Source: Basidioascus undulatus (taxonomy: Eukaryota). From it: 64,000 bases of DNA. A program made the position numbers and the translations under genes. Below the pieces are notes generated by a model, which saw only the letters and a program-made list of their open reading frames with translations, had not been told where the DNA came from and made no database searches. The stretch is from contig JTLS01000003.1 in assembly GCA_000826855.1 (NCBI GenBank), positions 1 to 64,000 of the forward strand, given 5' to 3'. Below are positions 47,581 through 60,359 of this stretch, piece after piece. The stretch's first letter is position 1. Every line of letters starts with the position of its first letter.

Positions 47581-50338
47581 CTACTCCCGACGCTTCATGC
47601 CGACATAGCAGTAAAGCGGCTTGCGGAGGAAGCCCTCGCTTGTCTCGAGCTGTAAGGTGAAAAGCTTAGCTCGGCCAGGCGGAGAGTGGGCCTTCACAAA
47701 CAGGTACGAACCGTTGCAGACGGGTCGGCGAGGACGAGGTCGTAGCGCTTGATGATGGTCGAGATCTGTGGATGCCAGTCGGTCTCGTCAGCAATGCAGT
47801 TTTGGACATGGCAGCACAACCCGCACAATGAGCTGAAGCTCCAGTTTCGCCAAGTTCTGGCCAACGCACTGCTCAAATTTGATCAGTGAGCCGTGCCATC
47901 CGTCACGTAAGTACCAGTGCACGTACAGCTCTAGGTCCCTGGGAGAACGGGATGAAGTTCTTGCTGAGCTTCTCCCTCGCGCCACGCTCCAGCCAGCGCT
48001 CAGGCCTGAACTCCTCCGCATCGGGGCCCCAGATGTCCTGCAGCCTGTGAAGAGTGTAGGAGGGAACGGAGACGACCGTTCCCGCCTTTAGGGGAACACC
48101 CGCAATCCTATCGCCACCAAACATCAGCGTCTGGGAACGAAGAATAGTCACATGGAAAGGAGGGAATCCCTCACGTCTGGTCATGAGGGATCTGTGGGTA
48201 ACTGGGGTTAGAGCAGAAAGCAAAGGAAGTGAGATGGGAAGTGGCGCACAACGCGCGGGAGACCAAGTGCGGAGGTGGAGTGCAACCGAAGGGATTCGTC
48301 GATGCAGGCCTGGAGGTACTCGAGTCCCTTGACCTATTCCCAAGGGCTCAGCTTTCGAGGCTGCAGCGTTTGCGTCGGACTACACAAAGGACGTACAGTT
48401 TCGTATTGAGTAATTCCGTCCGAGCCTGCCTCAATCTGCTCGAGCTCCTGAGCAAGCTTGTCCTGCGCATTGCGGTGGCGAGCCAGATAATAGAGGATTG
48501 CCGTTGAGGAGTTAGAAGTAGTGTCGCTGCCAGCGATCTGTTGTGTTTTTGCTCGCTCAGCTTCGTCCACTGCGGATAGAGCACAACACACTGACCAGCT
48601 GGGTGAGCGCCTCCGCGGTGACCTCATCCCGCCCGAGCGGCTTCCCGTCCGGGTCCTCAGCCTGAAGCAGCCGGGAGAGGATGTCGTCCGAACGCGGGGA
48701 TTCCTGAGCGAGGCGAGCGGATACACGGGCGATAGCAATCTGAAAAGCATGCGGCTATCAGTTTTTTTGTTGTCGTTCGATGCAGGTTGAAAACGGACAC
48801 CAGCGAGCGCGTCAACGGAAGCCTTGCCCGACCTAGCCCAGGGAAGAATTTGGGCGAGAGAGCTGACGAAAGGAATCGGTATCAGTGTAAACGCGTGTGC
48901 AGGTGGAGGGACGGGCTGCAGCAGGCGTACCGCAACGGAGGCGACATCACTCCCATGGTGGCTGTAAATAGAAGTTTCCTCTCTCAGCACTGATGTGACG
49001 GCTTTCTCTCTCTTCCAACTCACCCGAGTACTCTCCACGCTCGTTGAGGACCTGCACAGCGGGAAGCTCCGTAACGCCTTTGCCATGCTCGTATTCGACG
49101 CGAGCGACGTCCTTCTTCGCCTCGAGCATGCCGCTAAGCCGGGATGTCAGCACGTTATCCCTGCATTAGGAAATCAAGATTCCTTACAAAGGCTCGCCGA
49201 ACGCCAGGTCGCCCTTAGCGACCGCACAACGTCTTCAACTCCGGCGACTGAAACCTGAAGAGACAGAACACGCACGATGATATCGAAGGCGAGGAAGTTG
49301 GTCCAAGGCAAAGTGTCGAACCAAACGCGCTTGTCGTTGTCCTTGCCCGCAGGAGCAGGGATCACCGATTCGTGGTTGCTCGGACGCGGGTCGGCGCAGA
49401 GCTCGTCCCAGCGGCGCACGAAGAGAGCCATGCACGAGTGAAGGTAGGGTTCGAAAAGTAGGACATTTTTCTAGCGTGCTTCAGTGTCAGGAAAGGCCCG
49501 ATAGACTGTGGCAGGACGAGAGAGTGCGGACCTGGGAGAAAACAGCAGAAACGATCTTGCGCTTGCGAGCGTGCTCAGCCCGGTCGCTGTAGAGGAGAAG
49601 AGAGTCAGGCTATGTGCGAAGGCCGAGCCAACGAGAGGATTACGAACCGGGTGTCTGTAAGGCTGGTCAGCGATTGGAAGCCACAGGCACAAGAATATAG
49701 GCTTACTGAAGAGCCCGCGCTTGATGGAAACGAAAGCGTCTGGAGAGGCCACCTCGGGATAAGAAAGGAATAGGCTGAAGAGGGCGCTTGATTTATACGA
49801 ACCGTAAAATTGTGACTTGGGGAAATGGACAGAGTGCTGTAGGGAGTACATTTGTTCAGACCACCTGAATTTGACCATATAAACCTTTTCTCAACCCACC
49901 TGGTAGACAGTGCTCAATGCTTCCGGGTCTGCGATGCTAACGTGGTCGGGAGCAATGCGGACGACCTTGCCTGTCACGGTGGCTCCACGTAGTGAGCAGG
50001 CACTCTTGGGGAGACTTTGTATTGTACTTGAGACGCACCATACTTCTCATGCGCCTCGTCAACCTTCTTGTATCTCTCGCCCTTTCCTGCAGCCCTTGCG
50101 AGCCAGAGGTCGGAGAGCCCCGCCCAGACTGAGGGAGTCGGGATCGACCTCAAGTGGTAAGGGTCAATGAGGTACGGAAGGAGTGTCTGCAGCGCGAATA
50201 GCGCAAGCAGCGACTAGGGCAGCAAGGGGGTTTTCAATCAGCGTGGGTGCACGAGAGAGATGGATACAGACGGCTTACGACCGGAATGACGATGTATGGC
50301 GGAATGTCGCCGTTGAGGACTGCTTCAACGAAGCTCAT
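47581..50338 (-). CDS. CYP53: Cytochrome P450 CYP53 family, benzoate 4-monooxygenase
   Basis: VVRIAPDHVSIADP, DAFVSIKRGLFNTRDRAEHARKRK, NFLAFDII.DLAFGEP, IAGSDTTSNS (I-helix), LRLHSTS, VSVPSYTLHR, FRPERW, FSQGPRACVGQN (heme Cys), LETSEGFLRKPL..VGMKRR*. Confidence 0.92.
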
Positions 50339-50615
50339 GATTGCGCTTTGCGTTCGTCTATGCGAGAAGCTATGGCGGGGAGAGTTCTGTCCGGAGGAGG
50401 AAAGGGAGAAGATGGTGGTCGGAATGCAAGCCTGTCTCTACATTTGAGGCCGCCGTCGACTCGCAATCGACGCCAGTCGTTGGCACGGAGCGGGTTACGT
50501 TCGGCATCGGGACCACGGATGATAGAGCTCCACGGCCGTCGCAGTTTTCAAGCACATGTGATACGCCGGTCCGCTTCTACATAGTATTTAGTATTCCCAT
50601 CAGTCGATCAGTGAC

Positions 50616-50687
50616 TTCGGGCAACAGTGCCCGGTAAAGCTTGTCAACAATTTCGGGCAACAGTGCCCGGGAAAGCTGGTCAACAAT
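50616..50687. promoter_or_regulatory. 36-bp tandem duplication, each unit containing palindromic CGG-N10-CCG (putative Zn2Cys6 site), upstream of CYP53
   Basis: TTCGGGCAACAGTGCCCGG(T/G)AAAGCT(T/G)GTCAACAAT occurs twice, about 280-350 bp upstream of the CYP53 ATG. Confidence 0.6.
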
Positions 50688-51309
50688 GGTCAAGTGAGGA
50701 CGCAGCCAAGGGCCGGTCGTACCCGGTCACGTGTGACAAAACGGGCAGGATCTTATCGAATGTATACATGACATATGGTGGAACTTTTTCTCATTCGAGA
50801 TGTCCAGCGACCTCAGTGCATCCTTGCATAGGATTAGGTGTACTCGGAAAAAAGTGCCTGGATCCGCTCATGCGTTCCGAGGCGGGGCCAAATCTGTCTA
50901 GACGGCTGAAATAGTTCGCAGCGGCTGCTTCGGCGAGTCTGTTGTGCTGCTGTTGATCACGTATGCATGCAGGATCTTGAAAATACACCATCAGTCTGGA
51001 TTAGGGAGTTATAAAGACTTAGGCACAACTTCGCCGTGGTTACGGCTCCCGAAAGCTGCTGAAAGCTGTCCGCCAACCTGCGCAGTGAGCGCTAGACAGC
51101 TAGGTAACATAAGTAGAAATTAGGAAGTCAGCTGGAATAGGTAACTGTTCCTTTAGGATATAGGAAGTCTGCGATCCGCGCAGCCATTCATAAACTGGCG
51201 CTTGGGGCTGCGCGGAAGGCAAGGCAGTTGTCAAAGGCCAGCTAGTTTGGGAATATTAGGCTCGATGTCCCACCGATACGCGTCTAGCTCTACAGGATAT
51301 AACAACCAC

Positions 51310-54300
51310 CTATCGGACCTCCTTGACCTTGTCCGCCTCAGTATCAGGCGACTCTTTGGCGTTCTCGCGGTGCTGGACCTCCGCCTTCGCCTCCGGGTCA
51401 TCCGTGTGCTCGAGACCGAAGATCTCGTCCATCTTCTCGAGAGGGACACCCTTGGTCTCGGGGCAGAAGCTGTAGCAATAAACGCAGTGTCAGGGACTAT
51501 GTGAATCTTATAAGTAATGGAAGTTGCGCACAAGTAAACGGCAGGAATGGCCAGAGCCATCCAGGCAGCATCTGAAATGTTCACTAAGTCAGAGCCTCAT
51601 TAGGACAGCATTAACTAAGACCTGGTGGACATACAGAAGATGTATGTCCCCCACGAGAGACTGTCCTCTGCCAGCATGTAAGGAGTCGCGCGGGTGATGG
51701 CAAACTGAAAAGAACTACGCATCAACACCCATCGTAAGTACCTCGACAAGATGGTTAAGCGTACCTGCATGAGCCATTCTGTTAAGAAGACCAAAGATTG
51801 CGTCAGACTTAGTGGTGATACCGTCAAATCCGGATAGAGATGGAAGCCGAGAAGTAGAGGGCGAGCCTAGTCGAAAGAGACGTACGGGTTTGGACCGCGA
51901 TGGAGTTGCAGAGCGCGCGGACGTGGTTCGGCCAGATCTCTGCGCAAATGATCCAAGCAATACCGCTGGAAAAAGATGAAAGCCAAGAAGACGCCAGGGC
52001 GTCTCAGTCAGCACCGCACCTGACCGGGGCCTCTGAAGAGGAGACGATAAGAGATCTCATGCGTACCTCCAGCTCATGCAGAATGCGACAGCGTAACTGA
52101 AATAGGCGATAGGTCAACACTGCAATGGACACCTGATATAAGCAGCCCGACGCACATGAACAGCATGGCAACACCAGCACGGCCAGCAGCAGTGGGATCG
52201 CTGTCTGCCGTCGGATGAGCAACCGCGATGTAGATGCCGATGCTGCAAGAGACTGGTAAGACTGGGCGTAAAATGGGAGGTGGTATACATCTCAACGCAC
52301 TAGAGCATGGTTCCAATAATCCAGACGCTGGCGAACATGAGCGGGATCCGGCGCCCGATCCTGTCGACGAGAAGGTAAGCCTCGGCCGGCCACTCAGGGC
52401 ATTGTGTCTAGCTATGTACCTGTCAACAAGGAAGACGAGGAAAATAACAGATGCCACCATCTTCACAACACCGAATACGCCTGTATGATCAGAACATTCA
52501 TGAGTCTCGAACGTGAGACCGTGAGGACTGCAGCGCGTTGTCACGCACCGGTCATGAGGAGGGCGTTGTTGCCGCGCATTCCAACGGACTTGAAGAACGC
52601 TGTTGAGAAGAAGAGTAGACATACGGTTCAATATCGCCAAATATGAAAGGACAAAAGATCTGGGACAGCACGTACTCGGAGCATAGTAGTTGACTGCCGG
52701 CGAAGGTAGCAATGTGTCAGCGGCATGTTCAATTTTTTGCGGCTCGAAGTCGCTTACTAGCATTCGCGCCTGTGAGATTTTGGAAGACCCTACAATAACG
52801 AGGTGTGTTAACATGCCGGTTTCATGCTGATCTGCTCGGGCCACGTACATGATGCCGATGGCGAGAGCGACACGGTTGCGAATGCCCGGGCGTAGGAGCT
52901 CCTTGAGCGTACCAAACCGTCCACCCTTGTGAGCCTGGAAGGTGAGGCGCTCGTTTTGATCGTAGGCGGCGGTAAGAATGCCGCGGACGTCTGAATGGAG
53001 CTCATCAGCATGCGCGTATCGAGGATGGACGCAAGACAAGACAGACAAGGGTGATCGCGCGGCAAATTGTTGAGCCACACTTGTGCCTTCTCCGCCTCTT
53101 CAAAGTTCCCCGACTTGATGAGCCACCGAGGCGACTCGATCTGCGGTGACGAGGTGAGTTGGTTCCCCGATGGAGTTGAGATATCGCGGCGACCCACCAT
53201 GAAGATGGAAAAGATCAAGGACACGGTGATGAAGATGAACTGCAGGCCGAAGGGAATGCGGAACTGGACATGAGAAAGGTGAGCATGTTGTCGTCGACCG
53301 TGAAGGGGCCCACACTCTGCACGCACCTGAGTCACGTTGGGAACGGTCTCCGCGGCGTCTGCCCAAGTTGGTTGTGTGACAGCAACGGCGTATGCAATGA
53401 CTGAAAACATGCCCCCGTCAGCACACAGCATACGAGACCTCATTAAATTAGTATAACGTACAGAAGCCCACAACGGCGGCAACTTGGTAGGCGATCTGAA
53501 CCAAATTGACGACATTCAACACCTGTGATCAATGCACTCAAGAGTTGGCGTTGGGCTCACCTCGTATGCTCCGATAAGAATGCCGCGAATAGCCGGGGGC
53601 GAGATCTCAGCCAAATAAAGAGGGGACGTTACTGCGCTTGGTGGTGAGCAAGCCATAGCGCAACCGTGAGAGGAAGAGACGTACAGGTGATGAGTCCGGT
53701 TCCCAACCCCACAATGACCCGCCCAGCATACAACAGACCGAGGGTCGACTCGTCATGTGCGATAGTGGTCGATACGGCCCCGACAGTAGCAAGGGTCGTC
53801 GCGAAGAGCTGAATGGAGTCCGGTTGTTACTATGGCTGTCGTTGAAGGATATCTAGAATGTGGGCACGCACCATAGCTGGTCTCCGACCGAATCTGGATG
53901 CCACTGGAGGTGAGGACTCTGGTGCGCAGGTGAATAGCAGCTGCAGACGCACTTCTCAGCAAACGGGAATCCGAAGAGGGCGCCGCCGAAGCAGCCCAAG
54001 TGAAAGACGGAGCTGTTGTGGCGGCGATGTCAATATACAAATCCTCAAGAGTGATCAAGGAGAGGCCGTACGTGATGTTAGAGGTGATGAGTTGTTTTTG
54101 TGCGGCGCAAATATCATTGCCCAAGAAGCCGAAAGCCGTGCCCGTGCTGGTAAGGCCCAAGGTACCGCCAATGAACTGTGCACGGCCACACGGATCAGCA
54201 ATGTGGGTGGACATCACGCTGAGCGAGAAATGCGCTGAGAAGCTGATTGACCCACGGATGACTCATATCCGAATACTGAATAAGGAGTTCCTCATTTACC

Positions 54301-54523
54301 TCCTGTTTCGCGAGTCTTCGCTTGTGAGGGTAGAGGAAGGCGAAGACGTACCTGTGCCACCGAATGCAGTACCCAAACCCATCACCCACATCCTCCAGCC
54401 TGTAGATCCGTCGCGACGCCGGTTCGTTAGCGCTCTGCCTCATGATATTGGTGGTAATCGATATGGCGGACCGTAGACTTCGGGAGGCGTAGGACGGTCC
54501 TCCTGGCCCTTTTTGAAACCCAT
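51310..54523 (-). CDS. MFS sugar-porter family transporter, quinate permease (QutD/qa-y)-like
   Basis: N-terminal MGFKKGQEDRPTPPEVYGWR (QutD-like), VFGYESSFIGGT, YLAEISPPAIRG, ESPRWL, NYYAP, TGVFGVVK, LVDRIGRR, PETKGVSLEKMDEIFG. Confidence 0.85.
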
Positions 54524-55699
54524 ATTGGCGGTTGAACGACGAGTGCGAGGTGCGAGTCAGAGAAGCAGCAATGGAAAGCTCGAAGGGTACGGAGTTGCGA
54601 ACTTCGCGCTGCGGATAGGTTCCCACTCGTTTGATGAAGGTCAAGAAGAACCCGTTTGATAGTGATGGGGTCCCTTGGTCAGAGAAGGCGCTAGGTACAT
54701 CTTTCTTTCGGGCCCGGTCCACTGTCACCCTGCGGGGCCCGCTATGGGCAGGCAGGCGGAGGAGGCAAGAGGAAGCGGAACAAAGTCTGCAAGAGAGCGG
54801 GGAACATCTCCATTCCTAGCCTCCAAGGCGCGGGGCGATTGAGGCACATCAAGAAACGAGCGCGCGCACATGGACTCAGGATGAGGAGCTCCGCAAAGAA
54901 GCGCACTGCGACGTCGATGCGGGGCCCACCAGTGACGTTCGGCCCTTCCGACCGGCCGACGTCAACCCCATCCGTCTCACCGCCACAGCCTGCAACAGCC
55001 GTGGTATTTTCAGACAATTCGCACATCAATGCTTGACTGAACCAAGACCATCGATAGCAGGAACGCAGGCGATGGCCATTTGTAGACTGGGCAAAGCTGG
55101 CCCAACGCCTGCACGAGCGTGCGACGTGAAACTACCTCCCACAGCTGGGATTCATGGTGGGGTTTTTCATCGGTAGGTAGTTAAGAAATCCCAAAGTCCA
55201 GCAGTCGACCTGCTTTCTCCTTGCGTCCCGGACGCGGCCTACATAAAGGCCACGCACCGGGCCGAAGCTGAGCCACATCCGAATGAAAATAACTTCAATG
55301 GGCGGCCGAGCAAATGGAATAAAGTCCTCCGGCAGTCTACAACCTATGTATCTAAACATCACAGTCATCGCAACTACCTCATTTGCGATATTACATATTG
55401 AAAGGCTTTGTATACGCAAGCTATCTAGGGGTTTGTTGTCACATGTATGTTCGTTTGCCACGCCGTGCGTAGAGCCGGTACACCCCTGCAGACGTACACT
55501 TCTATTTCTTGTATCCTGTGTCGAGTTGGCTCCTCGGGCTTACGATCACGGACTGTACACTCCATGCCAAGAACTATAGGTACATGATCGATTACCAGCC
55601 TTTGTCGTCATGAGAGCGCATGTAAAAATTGCAGGCGATGTATAGACACAAAACCACACGAATAACAAGACCCTTCACTTGAGCAACTGCATAGCCCGC

Positions 55700-56075
55700 C
55701 AATTCTTATGAAACTTGACACCCAAGCCCGAGAAAGATACACGTCGTGGTGAATGACTGGCCCTACAGGGCCATCAAGCTTAAGATGCCGGTTCCGAGGA
55801 GTGGCGTCGGGCAGTCCCGCAAGTGAACGGGGCAGGCCACGGTGAAAGGTTTGGCATCTCCCACAACCTTTCAGTGAGTACATTCTTGAACGTTTCCACG
55901 CATTCGTACACAGAGACTGCCGCGTATTGGTAACACCGCAGCCTGCCGTAGGTTCCGCACCGCAACCGCCAGAAGTAAAGTAACAATTCTGGGCGGTGCA
56001 TGGTTACTCGTTGAACTAGGGATAATCCCCCCGATAAGCTCATGCAGTTTTCTGGCCAAGCTGAAAGCTTCAATC
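55700..56075 (-). mobile_element. Possible degenerate CACTA/Tnp2-like transposase remnant
   Basis: Fragments PENC.., IGGIIP..SNH, PELLLYFW and KVVGDAKP in shifting frames loosely follow fungal Tnp2 motif order. Weak. Confidence 0.2.
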
Positions 56076-56720
56076 AGAGCTTGACCAGCGAGAGCTGCGT
56101 CTAAACATTGGCAGTGCGCCTGCTTGAGACGTCATTTTCCAAGCGAAACGGCAGGTGTCATACACCGTTTCTCAACTGATTCTTGTACATGTATGTCGCA
56201 GAAGCTCCAAAAACTTAAGGCCAGTTGCATAGGACTGCTATGTGACTGTCTGGCAGCTCCCGATACCACAGCACCACTCAAGAGGCCAGCTCCGCTCCGC
56301 TTCTCCGCTCTACAAGGCGGCTCTTTGGCTTGGGAGAAAGCACCATATATACTGACATGAATAAAACGTCTTGAAGCAAAACTTTCAACTGTTTAGTTTA
56401 CATATTCGCCGGCTTTTTCTGCATGCCGCAGTAGTGTCGGGGCTGTACAGTCAAGCTTCGCAAATTTTCTCGCCCTCTGGTCGTGCTCGACTTTCCCGTT
56501 CTTGAAGGTTTTGCTCCTGAAAATACAAAGACCTCAACGTAAACATCCACACTGTCCTCGATCCCCGGGCTGGTACCTCGATGAATGCCCGAGCTAATCA
56601 CAGTGGATGACACTGACACGTGAAAGCGTGACAAGGCACGCTTGAGGGGATCGACGACCACACGTCTTGCCCATCAACGCCCATCATCTCCACGCCTCAG
56701 ACTGAAAGACACCAGGCGCA

Positions 56721-58290
56721 ATGAATCTGCTTCGTATTCTTCAGCCCCCAATCTACCCTCCGGCCTCCCTTGCACGTCTCGTCCCCCTCACCGGGCCGGC
56801 TGCATTCTTCCTCCGCTTCGTGCGCCTCCTTCACTCGATCCTCACTCTTCCACTCCTCCTTCTCGCGGTCTTCCTCCCGAGCGACACCTCTTGCCCACCG
56901 ATTATCGACCCATCCTGGCGTCTTTCGCAACGCCTCTTCGCCCGGCTCGTCTCCCAAGGCGTCTGGTTCCTTACGTACGGCCTCCCGCCCGCCTTCCTCG
57001 AGGATGGCCGCCATCAGGTTCCGCGACTAAGCTGGCTCATATGGGGTTGGCCGCGTGGCACCCATGCGCGGTCGATGAGGATTGGTAGGGCTGACGACTG
57101 GTTGAGGAAGGGAGTACTGGCAGATGAGGAGGCAGGCCCAGTCGAGGCAGACGGGGTTGACTGCTTCTGGGCTTGGCGAGGAAGACCGGATGGCCCGCCT
57201 CGGAAGATGGATGGGGACAACGTGATGCTCTATTTAGTCGGAGGTGGATGTGAGTCTTATAAGTTTTCTCTAAAAGATGGCTGTTGCTGAACGATGCCAT
57301 CAGTCGTCTCCGGAGCACCACTCGAGGTGTGCCTTCCATATCCCTCTACCGATTAATCGCAGCTCACCTGCTTTCCCCTATAGGGCCCCCTAGCCTGGTC
57401 GCTCGCAGGTCGCTTGTGCCTTCCAATCTTCTGCGGTTCGTCTTTTCAAATGCTACTAGCAACCTCGCCCTGATACCTGTTTGCTTCCAGCGAACTACCG
57501 CAAGACGACGACCGACCGTTCGACAGCCTTTCCTGCGGCGTTACATGATTCGTTAGCCGCGTATTCGCACCTTCTCATGCTTGGATACGCTCCCTCGAAC
57601 ATCTTTTTGGTGGGAGACTCGGCTGGTGGAGGCCTCTGCGTCACCGTGAGGCGCTGGACCGAGAATGAGCTGATAGGTCTTAGAGTTCAGCCGCTGACAC
57701 AGTGATGTTTCCGCTCACAGTTGACACTCTATCTTGCCAGCGCCGGACTGCCTACTCCAGCGGGCGTGATCGCACTGTCGCCCTGGCTCGACCTGACGTG
57801 CAGCGAGTGCTCGCATATCTTTAACAAGGGGACGGATCTTCTCAACTCGGCACAGCTGCACACCGCCATCGCAGTCTACACTGCCAACTTTCCCTCTCCC
57901 GCCAGCGCCTCCTCTTCCAGCGGGAAGCCTATCCATTCTACCGCATCCCTCACAGCCTTCGGACCCGCCCATCCGTTCTTCTCCCCATCCCTCCTCCCGC
58001 CGACTCACCCGCTCTTGGGCGCACTCGCCCAGACTCACACTCGCTTTCTGATCACCTACGGCGCTGCCGAGCGCTTCGCCGACGAGGACGCGCGGTTCGC
58101 GCGCTCGCTCAAGGGTGCGGGTGTGCGTGGGTTGGAGGTGGACGTCGAGCTGGGCGGCTGGCACAACTGTGGACTGCTGCCGGTGGGAAAGAACGGGTGT
58201 GTGGAGAGGGTGTTGAGGAAGTTGAAAGCGTTCGTCGAGGCAGGGACAGGCGTCGACAAGAACAGCGGGTCGGACGTGGCTTTGAACTGA
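56721..58290 (+). CDS. Alpha/beta hydrolase fold-3 (HSL/GDXG family) esterase/lipase
   Basis: [38 protein letters not shown] (nucleophile), [23 protein letters not shown]; hydrophobic N-terminus. Confidence 0.85.
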
Positions 58291-58485
58291 ACAAGAGAAG
58301 AAATGTATTCTCTTCCGCAGTGGCGAAGCGGGCGTGTGCCTGTTGTCAGGGCTGTTGCGCCTTTCAAGTCACAGACAGGCCTTTGAGCACCCAGTCTCTT
58401 CCCTGCCGACCATTATACTCCTTACATGACCTGTGAGCGACTAAAGCACTCTGGCTTGTCCAATAACGCTTCCAATCTATTCAGG

Positions 58486-60359
58486 TCACTCCAGCGTTAC
58501 GGCCACCCCATCACCCGCCCCGGACTGCTGATCTCGAGCCTCGACCCCAGCCTTATTTCCCGCATGTTCTGGCATGATCTCAAACATTTTGTCATAGTAA
58601 GCCGCTGGGAACCGGCGTGCGTCGGTGCTTCGTGCCAGGCAGGCGTCGATCTTCTCTTCTCCAGCGAGCAGCAGCAGGAGCCAGCCGATGTTGCTGCGAA
58701 ATTGACAGCGAACAGGTCAGTCAGTCCCCTGCTAAATTATTCTGTGAAACAACCCACCTGTTCGCTGAGCAAACCATCCCGTCCGCCTTCCGCCCCAGAT
58801 AAGTCAAGTCCCTCACGAGCCTCTGCGTCGCCGCCTCGACGCGCTCGCGCCTCGGCCGCTCGTTCAATGACAGCTGCGCGTGGCCGCTGCCTCCCCGAAC
58901 GCGCAGTGGAGACTGTGTAGAACGCGCGGGACAGCGGGGACTCGAAGAGGTGCGACAGGGCGAGGTACGGGTCGTCGCTGAAAACCACGAGCGTGTGCTT
59001 GTGCGTGGAGGAAGGGGAAGGCGAGGAGGAGCTGAAAATGGAGACCATCAAAGATGCCACGGTGATGAATGGCGTCGCGTCGCCGAACACGCGAGAAATT
59101 CCCGACAGCTCGATGGGCATATTCTCTGACCACTACGAGTGTGCATTGAGACTGTCAGATCACTGAACAAACGGAAAGTGACGCATCAGAATCACGGAAC
59201 TTGTCGCCTAGCCGCAGATGCACCCCAATGTCGGTATTCTTCTCACTTTGCTTTGCCTCATTACGGCTACTCAGCCTCGAGCGCCTCACGTTTCCAACAG
59301 CACTCTTGCGCCTGCGCTCGGCGATCTCCGCCTCCAGATTCGCGACCACGCCCTGATACAAACAGAGGTTCAGTACCACGTTCTCTCACTGTCTCCACTA
59401 CAAGCAAGCATAGCTGCACGTGCGCGTTAGGCCTCCAGAGCTGGTTGAAGAGCTAGGCTTCCGCGCGGTAGAAGCGCTTGAGCGCTGGGTGCAGCGTCTG
59501 CCCGGTGGGCAGGATTCCCAGCCCGTCGGCTTGGTTTGCGTGGTCCTGCGCGACAATGGCAGTAGCATCGGCGGTCGTCAGGAAGCGCGAAACGAGATGA
59601 GAGTCGACAATTTCCAGCCTTATGGAAGCGGCGGAGTGAGTTTGGTGTACCCACGCGATCTAGAAACATGCAGCGCACTCCTCCCTTCCGGCCTGGCGTG
59701 GTCGGTAGCTTCCCACCCGGGGGAGCCCACCGTTGCGCGTCTGCGCGTGAGCCAGTCGTCGGGGAGTGCACATTCGATCTCGGGCGTGATGAAGTAGTCG
59801 GCGAAGGAACCTAGGTGAACGGAGGTTGTCAACAAACGGGTAGGCGTGACAGTCTTGAAAGGTAGCCACCATACCGTAATTCCACTCGCTCCGTTTTTAC
59901 GCGCGAAAAGTGCAGAGCGGATCTGCGTCGCGTAAAGCATGAGCTGGGTACTTTGAGGGCGTCGAAGAAGGCTGCGCGTACGTAGAGCCCCAGGTCTGGT
60001 GGATAAGATGGGAGAAGTTGAGCAATCATGCCAGGAACGTGTAGAAGTGTTTCTGATCTCACCAGAACTAAAGCCCCAATTACTATCGCACACGAATAGG
60101 AGAGTGCGATCGCACCGTCTCAGGGCGCCACCTTCGGCGCCTGCACCGAGCGACGCGGGCGAGCGTGACAGGGACTGTTCTGAGGATGAAGAAGGCCTGG
60201 CGGCACGTTAACATGAGCGCGTATCGGTCACTCACGAATTGAACAGGCGTGCAACGCACTACCAGCACGGCTCCCTCACCCACCAAGAGTACCTCGCGCC
60301 GCGCACCCGGCGAGCATAGAGGCGAGGATGAGCCAATCGAGGCGCGAGTAGTCGCCCAT
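58486..60359 (-). pseudogene. GT23/FUT8-like fucosyltransferase-type glycosyltransferase pseudogene
   Basis: CDRTLLF..WGFSS, FADYF, LWRPN, IGVHLRLGDK (motif I), VVFSDDP (motif II), LVRDLTYLGRKADGMVCSANSNIG (motif III). In-frame TAG at 59453-59455 and a frameshift near 58900. Confidence 0.65.

Noticed and set aside
50616..50687. 36-bp palindromic repeat as a CRISPR array
   Set aside because: Only two adjacent units, no spacers, no cas genes, eukaryotic context.
33134..59455. Stop-codon reassignment or readthrough to explain in-frame TGA/TAG
   Set aside because: The same loci also carry frameshifts, and intact genes here terminate with TGA and TAG.
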